Positions 10,321 to 20,215 of a DNA stretch of 64,000 bases are shown here, one piece after another. The DNA comes from an uncultured delta proteobacterium (GTDB lineage Bacteria; Desulfobacterota; Desulfobacteria; Desulfobacterales; SG8-13), in the NCBI GenBank assembly GCA_963848135.1, contig CAWKCK010000003.1, positions 620,001 to 684,000 of the forward strand, given 5' to 3'. The position numbers and the translations under genes are program-made. The notes under the pieces were generated by a model, which saw nothing but the letters and a program-made list of their open reading frames with translations, was not told where the DNA came from and did no database searches. Positions within the stretch are counted from its first letter, which is position 1. Each line of letters starts with the position of its first letter.

Positions 10321-10791
10321 TCAATCCGGGGTCAGAACGGAACCGCCGCTGTCGGCATCGGCGAAGGGCTCTGGATTTGAGATCATGATCCGATCACCAT
10401 CGAACTTGACGGAGGCAATCCTCACCCAGGAATACCATACGCCGGCCTTGCGGCCGTCGGGAGTCAACATGACGGCCCCGTTAAGAAATCCGTAATCAGG
10501 GGGCGACAAGCGCCCGACCATGGTTTGGAACTGATCGGGTTCGATGACGGTCCAGAATCGTGATTCGAATTGGAATGCCGGATCGATACCGATAATCGCC
10601 GAGGGTTTGTTCGATCGACCGCTGAAGTAGTACGCATAATCATCAAGCATCTCGAAACTTTGGAACGCCTGACCAACCGCATTGCTGTTGCGCAGCGTGC
10701 CGTATTTGCCGCTGCAGGCGGCCAGAAGCACCACCAAAAGGGCGATCAATACGGCCATCCACAATCCATATGTTTTCGAAGCGTGTCGCAT
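10321..10791 (-). CDS. Hypothetical lipoprotein (paralogue of 10987-11436)
   Basis: Lipobox LAAC; colinear with its neighbour. Confidence 0.8.
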   Translation of the reverse strand: MRHASKTYGLWMAVLIALLVVLLAACSGKYGTLRNSNAVGQAFQSFEMLDDYAYYFSGRSNKPSAIIGIDPAFQFESRFWTVIEPDQFQTMVGRLSPPDYGFLNGAVMLTPDGRKAGVWYSWVRIASVKFDGDRIMISNPEPFADADSGGSVLTPD

Positions 10792-10986
10792 TTTACTCCT
10801 CCGGGAGGGAAAATATTTCTTTTGTCGTATGCCGATGTCTTGTTAAGCAAGATGTTACCATCGGTCCTGCAAGCGCGGGGACAACAATAAAATAAGTCCT
10901 TGCTGCAGCAAGAGCAAGCCGATTGCACCCGCCGGGTGGTCAGCCGGTATTCAGCCGTGAGGCTTTGCCGGGTAGAAGCCAAAGCC

Positions 10987-11436
10987 TTATCCGGATCTTC
11001 GCACGGAAGGGTCGGGAAACGTGATGATGATCCGATTGCCCTCATACTTTACCGATACCGTGTTGACCCGGGAATACCACACGCCGGCTCTGCGGCCGTC
11101 CGGAGTGATCAGGTTGGCGCCATTGAGAAGGCCATACACGGGCGGCGACAACCGATTGACCATGGTTTTAAATTCATTGGGTTCGATGGCGGTCCAAAAT
11201 ATTGAACTGAATTCGAACGCCGGATCGATACCCACAATCGCTGTGGGCAGGCTTTGCCTCCCGCTGTAGAAATATTTATACCCATCAATCATTTCAAACT
11301 CTCGGAAAGCCTGGCCGACTTCATTGCGGTATTGAAGTTTACCATAGTTATCGCTGCAGGCGGTCGTTAATGCGATCAGAAAGGCCGCCAACACCATCAA
11401 CCACTTGAAATTAGATCGTGAAAAGTACCGCATCAT
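10987..11436 (-). CDS. Hypothetical lipoprotein (paralogue of 10321-10791)
   Basis: Lipobox TTAC; start re-assigned to ATG 11436 by alignment with the paralogue. Confidence 0.8.
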   Translation of the reverse strand: MMRYFSRSNFKWLMVLAAFLIALTTACSDNYGKLQYRNEVGQAFREFEMIDGYKYFYSGRQSLPTAIVGIDPAFEFSSIFWTAIEPNEFKTMVNRLSPPVYGLLNGANLITPDGRRAGVWYSRVNTVSVKYEGNRIIITFPDPSVRRSG

Positions 11437-11507
11437 ATTGCACCTATTAAGAAGTATACTTTTTCGAAACTCCATGATCTCTGACTTTTCAGAAAAATTT
11501 CGAACCG

Positions 11508-12470
11508 CTACTCTTTCTGGATTCCGGAATAGATGTTGAAAAAATTGCGCATGATGAACTTCACGGTTTGCTTGTCGACGTGAAAATTCTCTTTGCCATC
11601 GGCGAACCACGTCCGCCCCATGAGCGGCTGGTAGATCGTGGCCATTTCAAAGGCTGGAAAATAAAACACATTTTCGTGGCGGGCAGCGAACTCATCCGCG
11701 ACGGCTCGCAGTGTTGATTTGGAGTTGCAGCTGGCACCAATCACGTCGATATCCTTACGAAAGGTAGCCCAAAGATGTACCGGCGAAACCGTTACCAACA
11801 GGGCGCAGCGGTGATTGTGGGCGGCCATTATGGAATGGATCCGTTCGAGATTGGCCAGGTTATCCTCATATCGGCTCACTCTGAAGCGGTAGCGACTCAT
11901 GTCGCCGCCTTCTGCTACATACGGACCGGATGGCAAACAGATCACCGATCCATCACTGCGGTCCTTCCAGATCTCCGTTAAACCGAGGGTCAGAATCAGC
12001 ACCTCGGCGCCTACCAGGGCGCGTTGCGAGTGATAGCGATGCCGGGTAAAATCCGCCTCAGCCTCTTCCAAATTGTCATAGAGAATTATCCGCCGGTAGG
12101 GATCCTGGATTATATTAGAATCCGGTGCTTGCCACCAACGCAAGTTCGGCTGCCAATCCTCGAAGGTGTACTCGAATATCTGGCGCATGGAAAAGGTGTT
12201 GTAACACCTCTCCCAGGCGGCACTGGCGTGGACGGCCGCCGGGTGATGGGTTTCCTCGGTGATGTAATTGAAACCCTTGGCAATCAATCGCCTGCGGATT
12301 TCGCGCGCGAAGCAGGATCCCATGGAGGCTATGGGCGTTTCGGGAGTAATGGCTAAGCCTGGTTCCGGCGGGAAAAGGTAGGTGCCGTCCGCTACGGGAT
12401 TTTTATAGGATCCCGGCCATACCTGCCAGGGTTCGAATGTATGAACCGGATGGACATCTGAGCGGGCCAT
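11508..12470 (-). CDS. GSCFA-family protein (SGNH-like fold)
   Basis: GSCFA motif, TLGLTE.W, TVSPV, SKSTLR, YFPAFE and a late His. Confidence 0.9.
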   Translation of the reverse strand: MARSDVHPVHTFEPWQVWPGSYKNPVADGTYLFPPEPGLAITPETPIASMGSCFAREIRRRLIAKGFNYITEETHHPAAVHASAAWERCYNTFSMRQIFEYTFEDWQPNLRWWQAPDSNIIQDPYRRIILYDNLEEAEADFTRHRYHSQRALVGAEVLILTLGLTEIWKDRSDGSVICLPSGPYVAEGGDMSRYRFRVSRYEDNLANLERIHSIMAAHNHRCALLVTVSPVHLWATFRKDIDVIGASCNSKSTLRAVADEFAARHENVFYFPAFEMATIYQPLMGRTWFADGKENFHVDKQTVKFIMRNFFNIYSGIQKE

Positions 12471-12649
12471 AGTGAGTGCCTTGTTTGGTGTTTGGTGTTA
12501 AATTTTACGCGAAAAACCTTATTATTATCCGATAATATAAGCATTTGCAAACAGTGCACACCCGATGGTATGAAGTTGCGATTTATTTGACATCAAGCCA
12601 GTATCGGTTTTATTGTTTACTGGTTTCGAACTGCGGCTGTAAACGTTGA

Positions 12650-12758
12650 CCCGCCCAGGCGGGATTTAGGGTTCAAAGTTTAAAGGTTACAAAACGCTGA
12701 TAACCGGACTCCTATACGCTATAGTTTGGATTGGCCGTTTTAAACCATTGGGTGAAAC
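12650..12758 (-). repeat. Partial (3' half) copy D of the ~200-bp dispersed repeat
   Basis: Reverse complement matches 19415-19522 (tttcacccaatgg ... ttgaaccct.aatcccgcctgg). Confidence 0.7.
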
Positions 12759-12946
12759 GGCTTTATAAGAACCATAAACCAGAATCATTTAGACATATGC
12801 AGGTTGCCTTTCACCCCAGAACGTATAATTCCACCTGGGCCGGAAACCGCTCAGCATAGTTTATACTAAACACCAAACACCAAACACCAAAACAAATGCA
12901 ACTCTCTAATCTTTAGATACCGGCGCACCCAGTTTAAGGATTATCA

Positions 12947-14530
12947 ATGAAGATACTATCTCTATATTTCGCCCATGACGCCAACTGCACGTTGCTTGAA
13001 GATGGCGAGCCGGTGGTGGTCATCGAAAAAGAGCGCCTGACCAGGAATAAACACGACCACGGCCCCATCGAACTGGAAACCCTGCTCGAGACCTATGGTT
13101 GGAATCCGGCGTCCATCGATCTCGTGGTTATCAACCCGTATATCGTGCGGGCAGATCGGTTGAAGTTCCAGTGGCAACTGGAGGGCAACACCTATCAGCA
13201 GAACGACAATTACCGCCAAAGCGGCTGGTCCGGACCGGTTGACAACCGTTACAGCCGCCATCGCATCCGTATGTTCGGGCGCCGGTATGACGGTTATGCC
13301 GTGGATCATCACCTGGCACACATCGCCGGTGCGCTGTTTACATCCCCCTTCGATACGGCCGGGATCTTGAGCGCCGATGGTGGCGGTGATCTTCGGATGT
13401 GCGCCCTGGCAGAGGGGAACGGAAATCGGATCAACCACATCGAATACGGCTGGGGCCACGAGGGCAACGGTCGGCAACTCAACATCGGTTCGGTCTGGGC
13501 CTCCGTTGGGGAGCACCATTTCGGTATGAAGCGACTGGAGGGCGCCGGTAAACTCATGGGGCTTGCCAGTTATGGCATCCCGCAGGCCGACCTGATCGCT
13601 CTGCTCAAGGATCAGATGCTTCACCGTCACTATGAACCCCTGTCGCTCAAAAGATTCGGAGTCGAAAACGATGCGACTCTCGATCCGAAAAGTCAATTTT
13701 CCAAAGATCTGTGCGCATCCTTGCAGCAGTTGACCACCGAGCTGTATCTGGCTGCCGCCGCCCGCATAAAAACCTGGCCGCTTCCGGTCAACCGTTTGAT
13801 CATGACCGGCGGCTGCTCGATGAATTGCATTGCCAACACCGCTATTCACCACAGCGGTCTGTTCGACGATACCTGGGTTCCCGCCCAGCCGCATGACGGC
13901 GGATTGAGTTTGGGGCAGGCGCTTTTTGTCTGGCATCACGTGCTTGGTCGGCCGCGAACAGCCAAGGCATGGCCGCCATACCTGGGGACGGATACCGGAC
14001 CCCTTTCTGAAAAATATATTCCTGAAATCATACGTTTTTTAGAGCAGGGCAAGAGTGTCGGTCTCTGTTACGGACGCGCAGAATCCGGTCCCCGGGCGCT
14101 CGGGCACCGCAGCATCCTGCTTGATCCGCGGATCGTCGACGGGAAAGACCGTCTCAACCGGCACGTCAAGCACCGCGAATGGTACCGGCCGTTTGCCCCC
14201 ATGGTGCTTGGTGATTGCGGTGTTCCCAGCAAATACATGTCCTATGTCATCGATCTGGCTGCCGACCGGGTGCCGGCTGTCACCCACGTGGACGGCACCA
14301 GCCGGCCTCAGGTCATCGGCGAAGGTGAGGACCCCTTTATCCGGCAACTGCTGAAAGCCTGGCAGGCGAAGACCGGCTGCCCCATGTTGCTTAACACGTC
14401 TTTCAACTGCCAGGAGCCGCTTGTGGATACCGTCGCGCAGGCGCGGGCCACCTGGCGACGGACGGGTCTCGATGTGCTGGTGTCGCCAGTGGGGATCGAG
14501 ACCGAAAAGTCCGGTATTATTATATTTTAA
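12947..14530 (+). CDS. O-carbamoyltransferase (NodU/CmcH/TobZ family)
   Basis: HD...E.ERLTR.KH, HHLAH, DGGGD, GKLMGLASYG, E.GPRALGHRS, RPFAP, HVDGTSR, LNTSFN. Confidence 0.93.
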   Translation: MKILSLYFAHDANCTLLEDGEPVVVIEKERLTRNKHDHGPIELETLLETYGWNPASIDLVVINPYIVRADRLKFQWQLEGNTYQQNDNYRQSGWSGPVDNRYSRHRIRMFGRRYDGYAVDHHLAHIAGALFTSPFDTAGILSADGGGDLRMCALAEGNGNRINHIEYGWGHEGNGRQLNIGSVWASVGEHHFGMKRLEGAGKLMGLASYGIPQADLIALLKDQMLHRHYEPLSLKRFGVENDATLDPKSQFSKDLCASLQQLTTELYLAAAARIKTWPLPVNRLIMTGGCSMNCIANTAIHHSGLFDDTWVPAQPHDGGLSLGQALFVWHHVLGRPRTAKAWPPYLGTDTGPLSEKYIPEIIRFLEQGKSVGLCYGRAESGPRALGHRSILLDPRIVDGKDRLNRHVKHREWYRPFAPMVLGDCGVPSKYMSYVIDLAADRVPAVTHVDGTSRPQVIGEGEDPFIRQLLKAWQAKTGCPMLLNTSFNCQEPLVDTVAQARATWRRTGLDVLVSPVGIETEKSGIIIF

Positions 14531-14746
14531 ACAAATTATTGTCTTTCTTAGCTATATTTGATAACAATAACACCTTGATTTTCGGTGTTTCGGGGTTTAC
14601 GATCTGCTCCGGGTGCGCTACAGGACCACGATAACAAACTATAGCGATAACCCGACGCGCACGATTTTGCGTTGTCGGTGCGAGATATGACACACCTGCA
14701 TGACCAGGTGCGACGACTAAACAACCATTAAAATTCGCAGCTGTTA

Positions 14747-16033
14747 ATGCCCCGAAACGCCACATACAACATATTGATGTATTCCCACGACACTTATGGC
14801 CTCGGCCATATCCGTCGCACGCTGGCCATTGCCACACAGCTACGGGAAGCCAATATTAATATCCTCATTTTGACCGGCTCACCGATTGTCGGCCGGTTCT
14901 CCTTCCCGGAGCAGATCGATTTCGTGCGGATTCCGGGAATGATCAAAAAAACCAATGAGGAATACCTGCCGCTTTCGATCAAGATCAATGCCAAGCACGC
15001 CCTGGATATCCGTAAAAACATCATAACAGCCACGGCCAAGACATTTCAGCCGCATCTTTTTATTGTCGACAAGGAGCCTTTGGGGCTCAAGAAGGAGGTA
15101 TTACCGACCCTGCAGTGGTTGCGGCGCTGCCAGCCCAACACCCAAACCATTCTGGGGCTGCGGGACATCATGGACGATCGCCAAATTGTTCGGAAAGATT
15201 GGAACAAAAAGGGCATTTACGAAACACTGGATAAACTCTACAGCGAAATATGGGTTTACGGAAACCGGGAGTTTTATGATCCTGCCGTCGAATATGCCAT
15301 CCCCGAGAACGTCAGCCGTAAAATCGTCTACACTGGTTATATCCCCCGCAAGGTGCCGTCTGACAGCCAGACGGTGAAGGCCCGCAAGGAACAGGGCCTA
15401 CCAAACGGTGAAAAGCTCATCGTTGTGACCACCGGTGGCGGCGGTGACGGGTATGTCCTGATGGATGCATACCTGTCTATGCTCGAAAAAGAACCCCGGC
15501 CGATACCTTTTAAATCGGTTTTGATTACCGGACCGTTCATGCCGAAACAGGACCGTAAAAAGGTGGTCAAGCGTGCGCGCAAGCTCGGGTTGAGAACCTA
15601 CCATTTTTACCGCAACATGGAAAAGCTCCTGGCGGCCGCCGATGTCGTTGTCAGCATGGGTGGTTACAATACCATCTGTGAGCTGCTTTCATTAGGGACC
15701 GTATCGTTGATTGTTCCCCGGGAAACACCGCGTAAGGAGCAATTGATCCGTGCCAAAATATTTCACCGCAACAACCTTGTGGAGTATATTCCCTGGCACC
15801 GATGCACCGCCGAGCAAATGCGCGCGAAAGTGCTTTCCCTGTTGGAAAATCCTGCACCATTTAAACAGGCCATTTCTCAATTCAGGATGAACGGCATCAG
15901 CACCATGCAGGAGCGATTGAAAGCATTCAGAGGGCTGGAGCCCCTCAACACGTGCGAGCCGCCCATTAACGTGGAATCCTGCAAACAGGCCAAGGAAGTC
16001 ATGTCGGCCGCATATATGCGCAAAGTAGTATAA
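14747..16033 (+). CDS. GT-B glycosyltransferase (COG4671 / GT28-like)
   Basis: YSHD.YGLGH, LGLRDI.D, TTGGGGDG, SMGGYNT, EQ..RA. Confidence 0.88.
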   Translation: MPRNATYNILMYSHDTYGLGHIRRTLAIATQLREANINILILTGSPIVGRFSFPEQIDFVRIPGMIKKTNEEYLPLSIKINAKHALDIRKNIITATAKTFQPHLFIVDKEPLGLKKEVLPTLQWLRRCQPNTQTILGLRDIMDDRQIVRKDWNKKGIYETLDKLYSEIWVYGNREFYDPAVEYAIPENVSRKIVYTGYIPRKVPSDSQTVKARKEQGLPNGEKLIVVTTGGGGDGYVLMDAYLSMLEKEPRPIPFKSVLITGPFMPKQDRKKVVKRARKLGLRTYHFYRNMEKLLAAADVVVSMGGYNTICELLSLGTVSLIVPRETPRKEQLIRAKIFHRNNLVEYIPWHRCTAEQMRAKVLSLLENPAPFKQAISQFRMNGISTMQERLKAFRGLEPLNTCEPPINVESCKQAKEVMSAAYMRKVV

Positions 16034-16080
16034 CGATTAAAAGTCGTTGATGTTTTTCACCAAGTGTTAAAAGCGGTAAT

Positions 16081-16114
16081 CTAGCCCGGATATTTCATGA
16101 AATATTTGGGCTAG
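16081..16114. repeat. 34-bp near-perfect palindrome
   Basis: CTAGCCCGGATATTTCATGAAATATTTGGGCTAG. Confidence 0.6.
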
Positions 16115-16447
16115 GCACCTGCAAATGCATCAGGGATCTGCACGTCGATGAGGGGTGACACAAGCCCCTTTTTTAATTTCAAGTTCCTGAATGCCCACTT
16201 CGGACCGATGCATTATAGCGAATGACGGGGTTTTTCCCGGCCGCATTATTATGTATTGTCGGAATAACGTTGTATTATCTAAACTGCATTTTAGACTCCA
16301 GGCTTCAGATTTTGGATTGGCGGTGTCGCTCCGCTCTTCCCTTGAGAAAAGACAATCAGGAAGCAATAAAAACCAAATTCCGCATTCTCTAAAATTACCA
16401 CATCGCCCATCATCAATATTCGATTAAGGTTCAAAAGGAACTCGACA

Positions 16448-17704
16448 GTGGCGACAAAGGATACACCGGTACTGGGGATGATTCTGAAAGGATACCCCCG
16501 CATATCAGAAACGTTTATTTCCAACGAGATTTTACTGCTGGAGCACCTGGGCTTTTCCGTCCATATTTTTTCAATGCGCGCCCCCAGGGAAAATTTTACC
16601 CACCAGAATATTGAACAGATCCGGGCGCGGGTGGACTATCTGCCGGAGACGCTTCTGCTGCCCTTGCCCCGGTTTTTTTATCACAACCTCCTGTTGGCCT
16701 TGAAAATCCCGCGCTTATATCTGGAGACATTCAAGACAGCCCTGCGGCGCTTTGGCAGAACTCATCGACCGGCCACCTTCAAACATTTTCTACAGGCCGG
16801 TTACCTCGTTCAGCGCCTGCTGCCTGGCACAGGGGTCTGCCATCTGCACGCCCATTTTGCCCATTCTCCCGCCTCCGTAGCCATGTTTTCTGCACAGCTC
16901 AGCGGCTTGAAATTCAGTTTTACCGCCCATGCCAAGGATATCTACACCTCTAACCAGGAACAGCTGCGTGAAAAGCTGGCGCTGGCGAAATTCGTCGTGA
17001 CCTGCACCGAGTACAATCGCCGGCACCTCATGTCCCTTGCAGACGGTGACAGCGCTCCGATACACCGGGTGTATCACGGCATCGACACCGGCCTTTTTTC
17101 CCAAGCCCCGGGGACTCGATCGCCGGCACCGCCGTACCAACTATTGACCGTTGCCCGCATGACCCCCAAAAAGGGGTTGAAGACCGTCTTTAGGGCTGTC
17201 AAATGGCTTCTCGAAAACGGCTTCGCGGTGCAGCATGCGCTGGTAGGCGATGGTGAGGATCGCGAAAAGATTCTGGCGTATATCAAAGGTCTCGATCTCA
17301 ACAGTGTGGCAAGCTGGCACGGTACCCAGCCGCATCAGGCGGTTCTCGGGTTTTACCGTCGCGCCGATGTGTTCGTGCTGGGGTGCGAGGTGGCCGCCAA
17401 TGGTGACCGCGACGGCATCCCCAACGTATTATTGGAAAGCATGGCCATGGGCGTACCGGTGGTTGCCACAACGGTTTCCGCCATTCCCGAATTGGTGCAG
17501 GATAGCGACACGGGATTGCTGGTGCCGCCGGGGGAACCTGAGAAGCTTGCCGCAGCCATCGTCCGCATCTTGACCGAAGATGATTTACGGGAAAGGATCG
17601 TACGGAAGGCCCGGGAACGGGTGATGCAAGAATTTTACAATCATGACCATATTCAGCGATTGGCAGAGATTTATCGGCGGGAAATACGTGAATTTGGTGT
17701 TTAG
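16448..17704 (+). CDS. GT4 glycosyltransferase (WcaL-like)
   Basis: YP.ISETFI..EI, HAHF, SFTAHAKDIY, KKG, DGIPNVLLESMA.G.PVV. Confidence 0.9.
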   Translation: MATKDTPVLGMILKGYPRISETFISNEILLLEHLGFSVHIFSMRAPRENFTHQNIEQIRARVDYLPETLLLPLPRFFYHNLLLALKIPRLYLETFKTALRRFGRTHRPATFKHFLQAGYLVQRLLPGTGVCHLHAHFAHSPASVAMFSAQLSGLKFSFTAHAKDIYTSNQEQLREKLALAKFVVTCTEYNRRHLMSLADGDSAPIHRVYHGIDTGLFSQAPGTRSPAPPYQLLTVARMTPKKGLKTVFRAVKWLLENGFAVQHALVGDGEDREKILAYIKGLDLNSVASWHGTQPHQAVLGFYRRADVFVLGCEVAANGDRDGIPNVLLESMAMGVPVVATTVSAIPELVQDSDTGLLVPPGEPEKLAAAIVRILTEDDLRERIVRKARERVMQEFYNHDHIQRLAEIYRREIREFGV

Positions 17705-17794
17705 TGTTTGGTATGTAAGGCTGAAATGCTATGTCTCTGAATTTAATAGCAAGCGCCTCAATTGCCTTCAGTCAAAGAACACATGTGTGACTGT

Positions 17795-18007
17795 AACTTA
17801 AACGGATCGGTTCCAGGTTCAGGGTTCCCGGTTAAAAGGCTATAATATATTGATATATTTAACTTTATGATAAATGGTTTGAATCGACCGCTTTCGCCCA
17901 CCGGGTGAAACATAGAATTCAACCCAATTGATGCGCAATACGATTGTTAGAGACCAGTTATGGCATTTTAACCGGGAACCGTGAACGTTGAACCGCTCAA
18001 CCGAGGT
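17795..18007 (-). repeat. ~200-bp dispersed repeat, copy B
   Basis: Reverse complement aligns with copies A and C. Confidence 0.85.
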
Positions 18008-18064
18008 GTAAGAAATATTGTTTCACAGAACTTCTATTTATAAATAATCATCGAATTCGAATCC

Positions 18065-19249
18065 ATGCATTCAGCTCACCAAATACCAAACACCAAACAC
18101 CAAACACTAAATATTCTTTTTTATGCCCCATTTAAACCTCTGGGGCACCGCCACCCTTCCGGCGATCTGGTCATCGGCACCGGCCTGTTTCGGTTCCTCG
18201 AGGCGAAAGGTCACCGGTTGCAGGTGGCCAGCTCGCTGCGGACCCGTTGGATATTCTGGAAACCCTGGTTGCTGCCCCATTTGCTGGTGGAGCGCGGGCG
18301 GCTTCTTCGGCGTTTGCGCCCCGGCGGTTCTGATTTATGGCTGACCTACCACGCCTATTATAAGGGACCAGACCTGTTAGGACCGCATGTTGCCGCCCGC
18401 AAGGGCATCCCCTATGCCATATTCCAAGGTGCATATGCAACAAAATACCGGCGTGACTTACGCACGCTGCCAGGATTCTATTTGAACCGAAGAGCGTTGC
18501 AGGCGGCACGGCATGTCTTCGTCAATAAAAAGGTCGATCTTATCAATCTGAAACGCCTGCTGCCTCCGGAGCGGGTATCCTACGTCGCCCCCGGTATTTG
18601 CCCGGCCGACTTCTGTTTCGATTCTAAACGCCGAACTGAATTGCGATTACAGTGGCATAGCGATGATGGGCCCGTTCTCCTGACAGCGGCGATGCTTCGC
18701 CCCGGTGTCAAGGCGCAAGGGGTGGCGTGGGTCATCCGTGCCTGTGGACGCCTGCTGCGCCGCGGGCATGACTTTAAACTGGTCGTCATCGGCGACGGCG
18801 AAGAGGCGGGCGCTCTCCAACGGTTGGCGGACGTCCAGATTCCCGGTAAATGTCGATTTGTGGGCAAAGCTCCACGGTCAGAGATGTACCATTTTTACAG
18901 CGCTGCCGACCTGTTCGTCTTTCCGGGGATCGCAGAGTCTCTGGGCATGGTGTTTCTTGAAGCCCAGTCCTGCCGTCTTCCGGTTGTCGCGTTTGATAAT
19001 GCCGGCGTGCCTGAGGTCGTGGAAAACGGCAGGACCGGCGTGCTGACACCTTTTAATGAGATGACCCCTTTTGTACGGGCCATAGAAGATTTAATACGAG
19101 AGCCAGGCCGTCGACAAAAAATGGGGCGTGCGGCAGAGGAATATATTCGGCGGAAGCGCGATCTGGCAATGAACTACACCGCTGTTGAAAAGATGTTGAA
19201 AAAGATTGCAACGACCAAGGGCTCGTCGAAAATATTTCACCTAAATTGA
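18065..19249 (+). CDS. GT4 glycosyltransferase
   Basis: FYAPFKP...PSGD, ESLGMVFLEAQ...PVV. The N-terminal residues are encoded by a heptamer tract, so the start is uncertain. Confidence 0.9.
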   Translation: MHSAHQIPNTKHQTLNILFYAPFKPLGHRHPSGDLVIGTGLFRFLEAKGHRLQVASSLRTRWIFWKPWLLPHLLVERGRLLRRLRPGGSDLWLTYHAYYKGPDLLGPHVAARKGIPYAIFQGAYATKYRRDLRTLPGFYLNRRALQAARHVFVNKKVDLINLKRLLPPERVSYVAPGICPADFCFDSKRRTELRLQWHSDDGPVLLTAAMLRPGVKAQGVAWVIRACGRLLRRGHDFKLVVIGDGEEAGALQRLADVQIPGKCRFVGKAPRSEMYHFYSAADLFVFPGIAESLGMVFLEAQSCRLPVVAFDNAGVPEVVENGRTGVLTPFNEMTPFVRAIEDLIREPGRRQKMGRAAEEYIRRKRDLAMNYTAVEKMLKKIATTKGSSKIFHLN

Positions 19250-19322
19250 GCGTTTCGAATATTAAATGGAAGGGGAACCGCTTTATTAATCAGGAATTCT
19301 ATCATATCCTTAGTTGGATACA

Positions 19323-19541
19323 GGTTGAGCGGTTGAACGTTCACGGTTCCCAGCTAAAGTGCCATAACTGGTTTCTAACAATCGTATTTCGGATCAATTG
19401 GTTTGAATTCTATGTTTCACCCAATGGGTGAAAGCGGTCAATCCTAACTATGGAGTGTAAAATTAAATATATCAAAACTTTATAACCTTTGGACCTTGAA
19501 CCCTGAATCCCGCCTGGACGGGAAACCGATCCGTTTAGGTT
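19323..19541 (+). repeat. ~200-bp dispersed repeat, copy C
   Basis: Aligns with copies A, B and D. Confidence 0.85.
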
Positions 19542-19558
19542 GGGCTCCATCAGAGCGA

Positions 19559-20203
19559 ATGAAAAAATTCTCGAGCAATACTCATTCAGAAAACCAGACC
19601 CGTTTCGGCCTTATCCGCCACGCCCAGACTGTTTGGAATAAGGAAAAAAGGATCCAGGGCCAGCTCGATTCCGTCTTGACGGGCCAGGGTAAAAAGCAGG
19701 CCGAAGCCTGGGCGGGTATTCTCAGCCACTATCGATGGGACCGCTGCCTTTGCAGCGATCTCGGTCGGGCGCAGTCAACCGCAGCTATCATCAACAGCAT
19801 GATAAAAGTTCCCCTTGTTTATGAGGCTGGGCTGCGGGAGCAGAACTGGGGACGCTGGTCAGGTTTAACTTTAGCACAGCTCGCACAGGAGAAATCCGAC
19901 CATCTGGCCGCGCAGACACGCAGGGGTTGGCGGTTTTGCCCCAGTGGTGGAGAAGACAGGAACCATGTCTGGGAAAGAGGCCGGCGCGCGCTCGAGTCAG
20001 CAGCGGCGAAATGGCCGGGTGAATCGATCCTCGTTGTCACCCATGAAGGTGTCATCAAGTGCCTGGTTTACCATTTGCTGCAGCGGCGCTTTCTCCCGAC
20101 GGAAGCGCGTCTCCTGCGACCGGCACATCTTCATTTGCTGCTTGCCAGTCCAGGCCGGATATCCATAGAAAAAATCAATGCATTGGCTTTGGGGAGTGGT
20201 TGA
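19559..20203 (+). CDS. Histidine phosphatase (phosphoglycerate mutase-like) family protein
   Basis: LIRHAQT.WN...IQG, SDL.RA..TA, LRE..WG.W.G, VTHEG. Start moved to ATG 19559 because the longer ORF begins inside a repeat. Confidence 0.9.
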   Translation: MKKFSSNTHSENQTRFGLIRHAQTVWNKEKRIQGQLDSVLTGQGKKQAEAWAGILSHYRWDRCLCSDLGRAQSTAAIINSMIKVPLVYEAGLREQNWGRWSGLTLAQLAQEKSDHLAAQTRRGWRFCPSGGEDRNHVWERGRRALESAAAKWPGESILVVTHEGVIKCLVYHLLQRRFLPTEARLLRPAHLHLLLASPGRISIEKINALALGSG

Positions 20204-20215
20204 TAAAAGGATACC

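Noticed and set aside
12962..13939. 325-aa minus-strand ORF
   Set aside because: Antisense shadow of the carbamoyltransferase.
14657..14672. Sigma54-like promoter CGCGCACGATTTTGC upstream of the GT operon
   Set aside because: Lacks the invariant GG at -24 with correct spacing.
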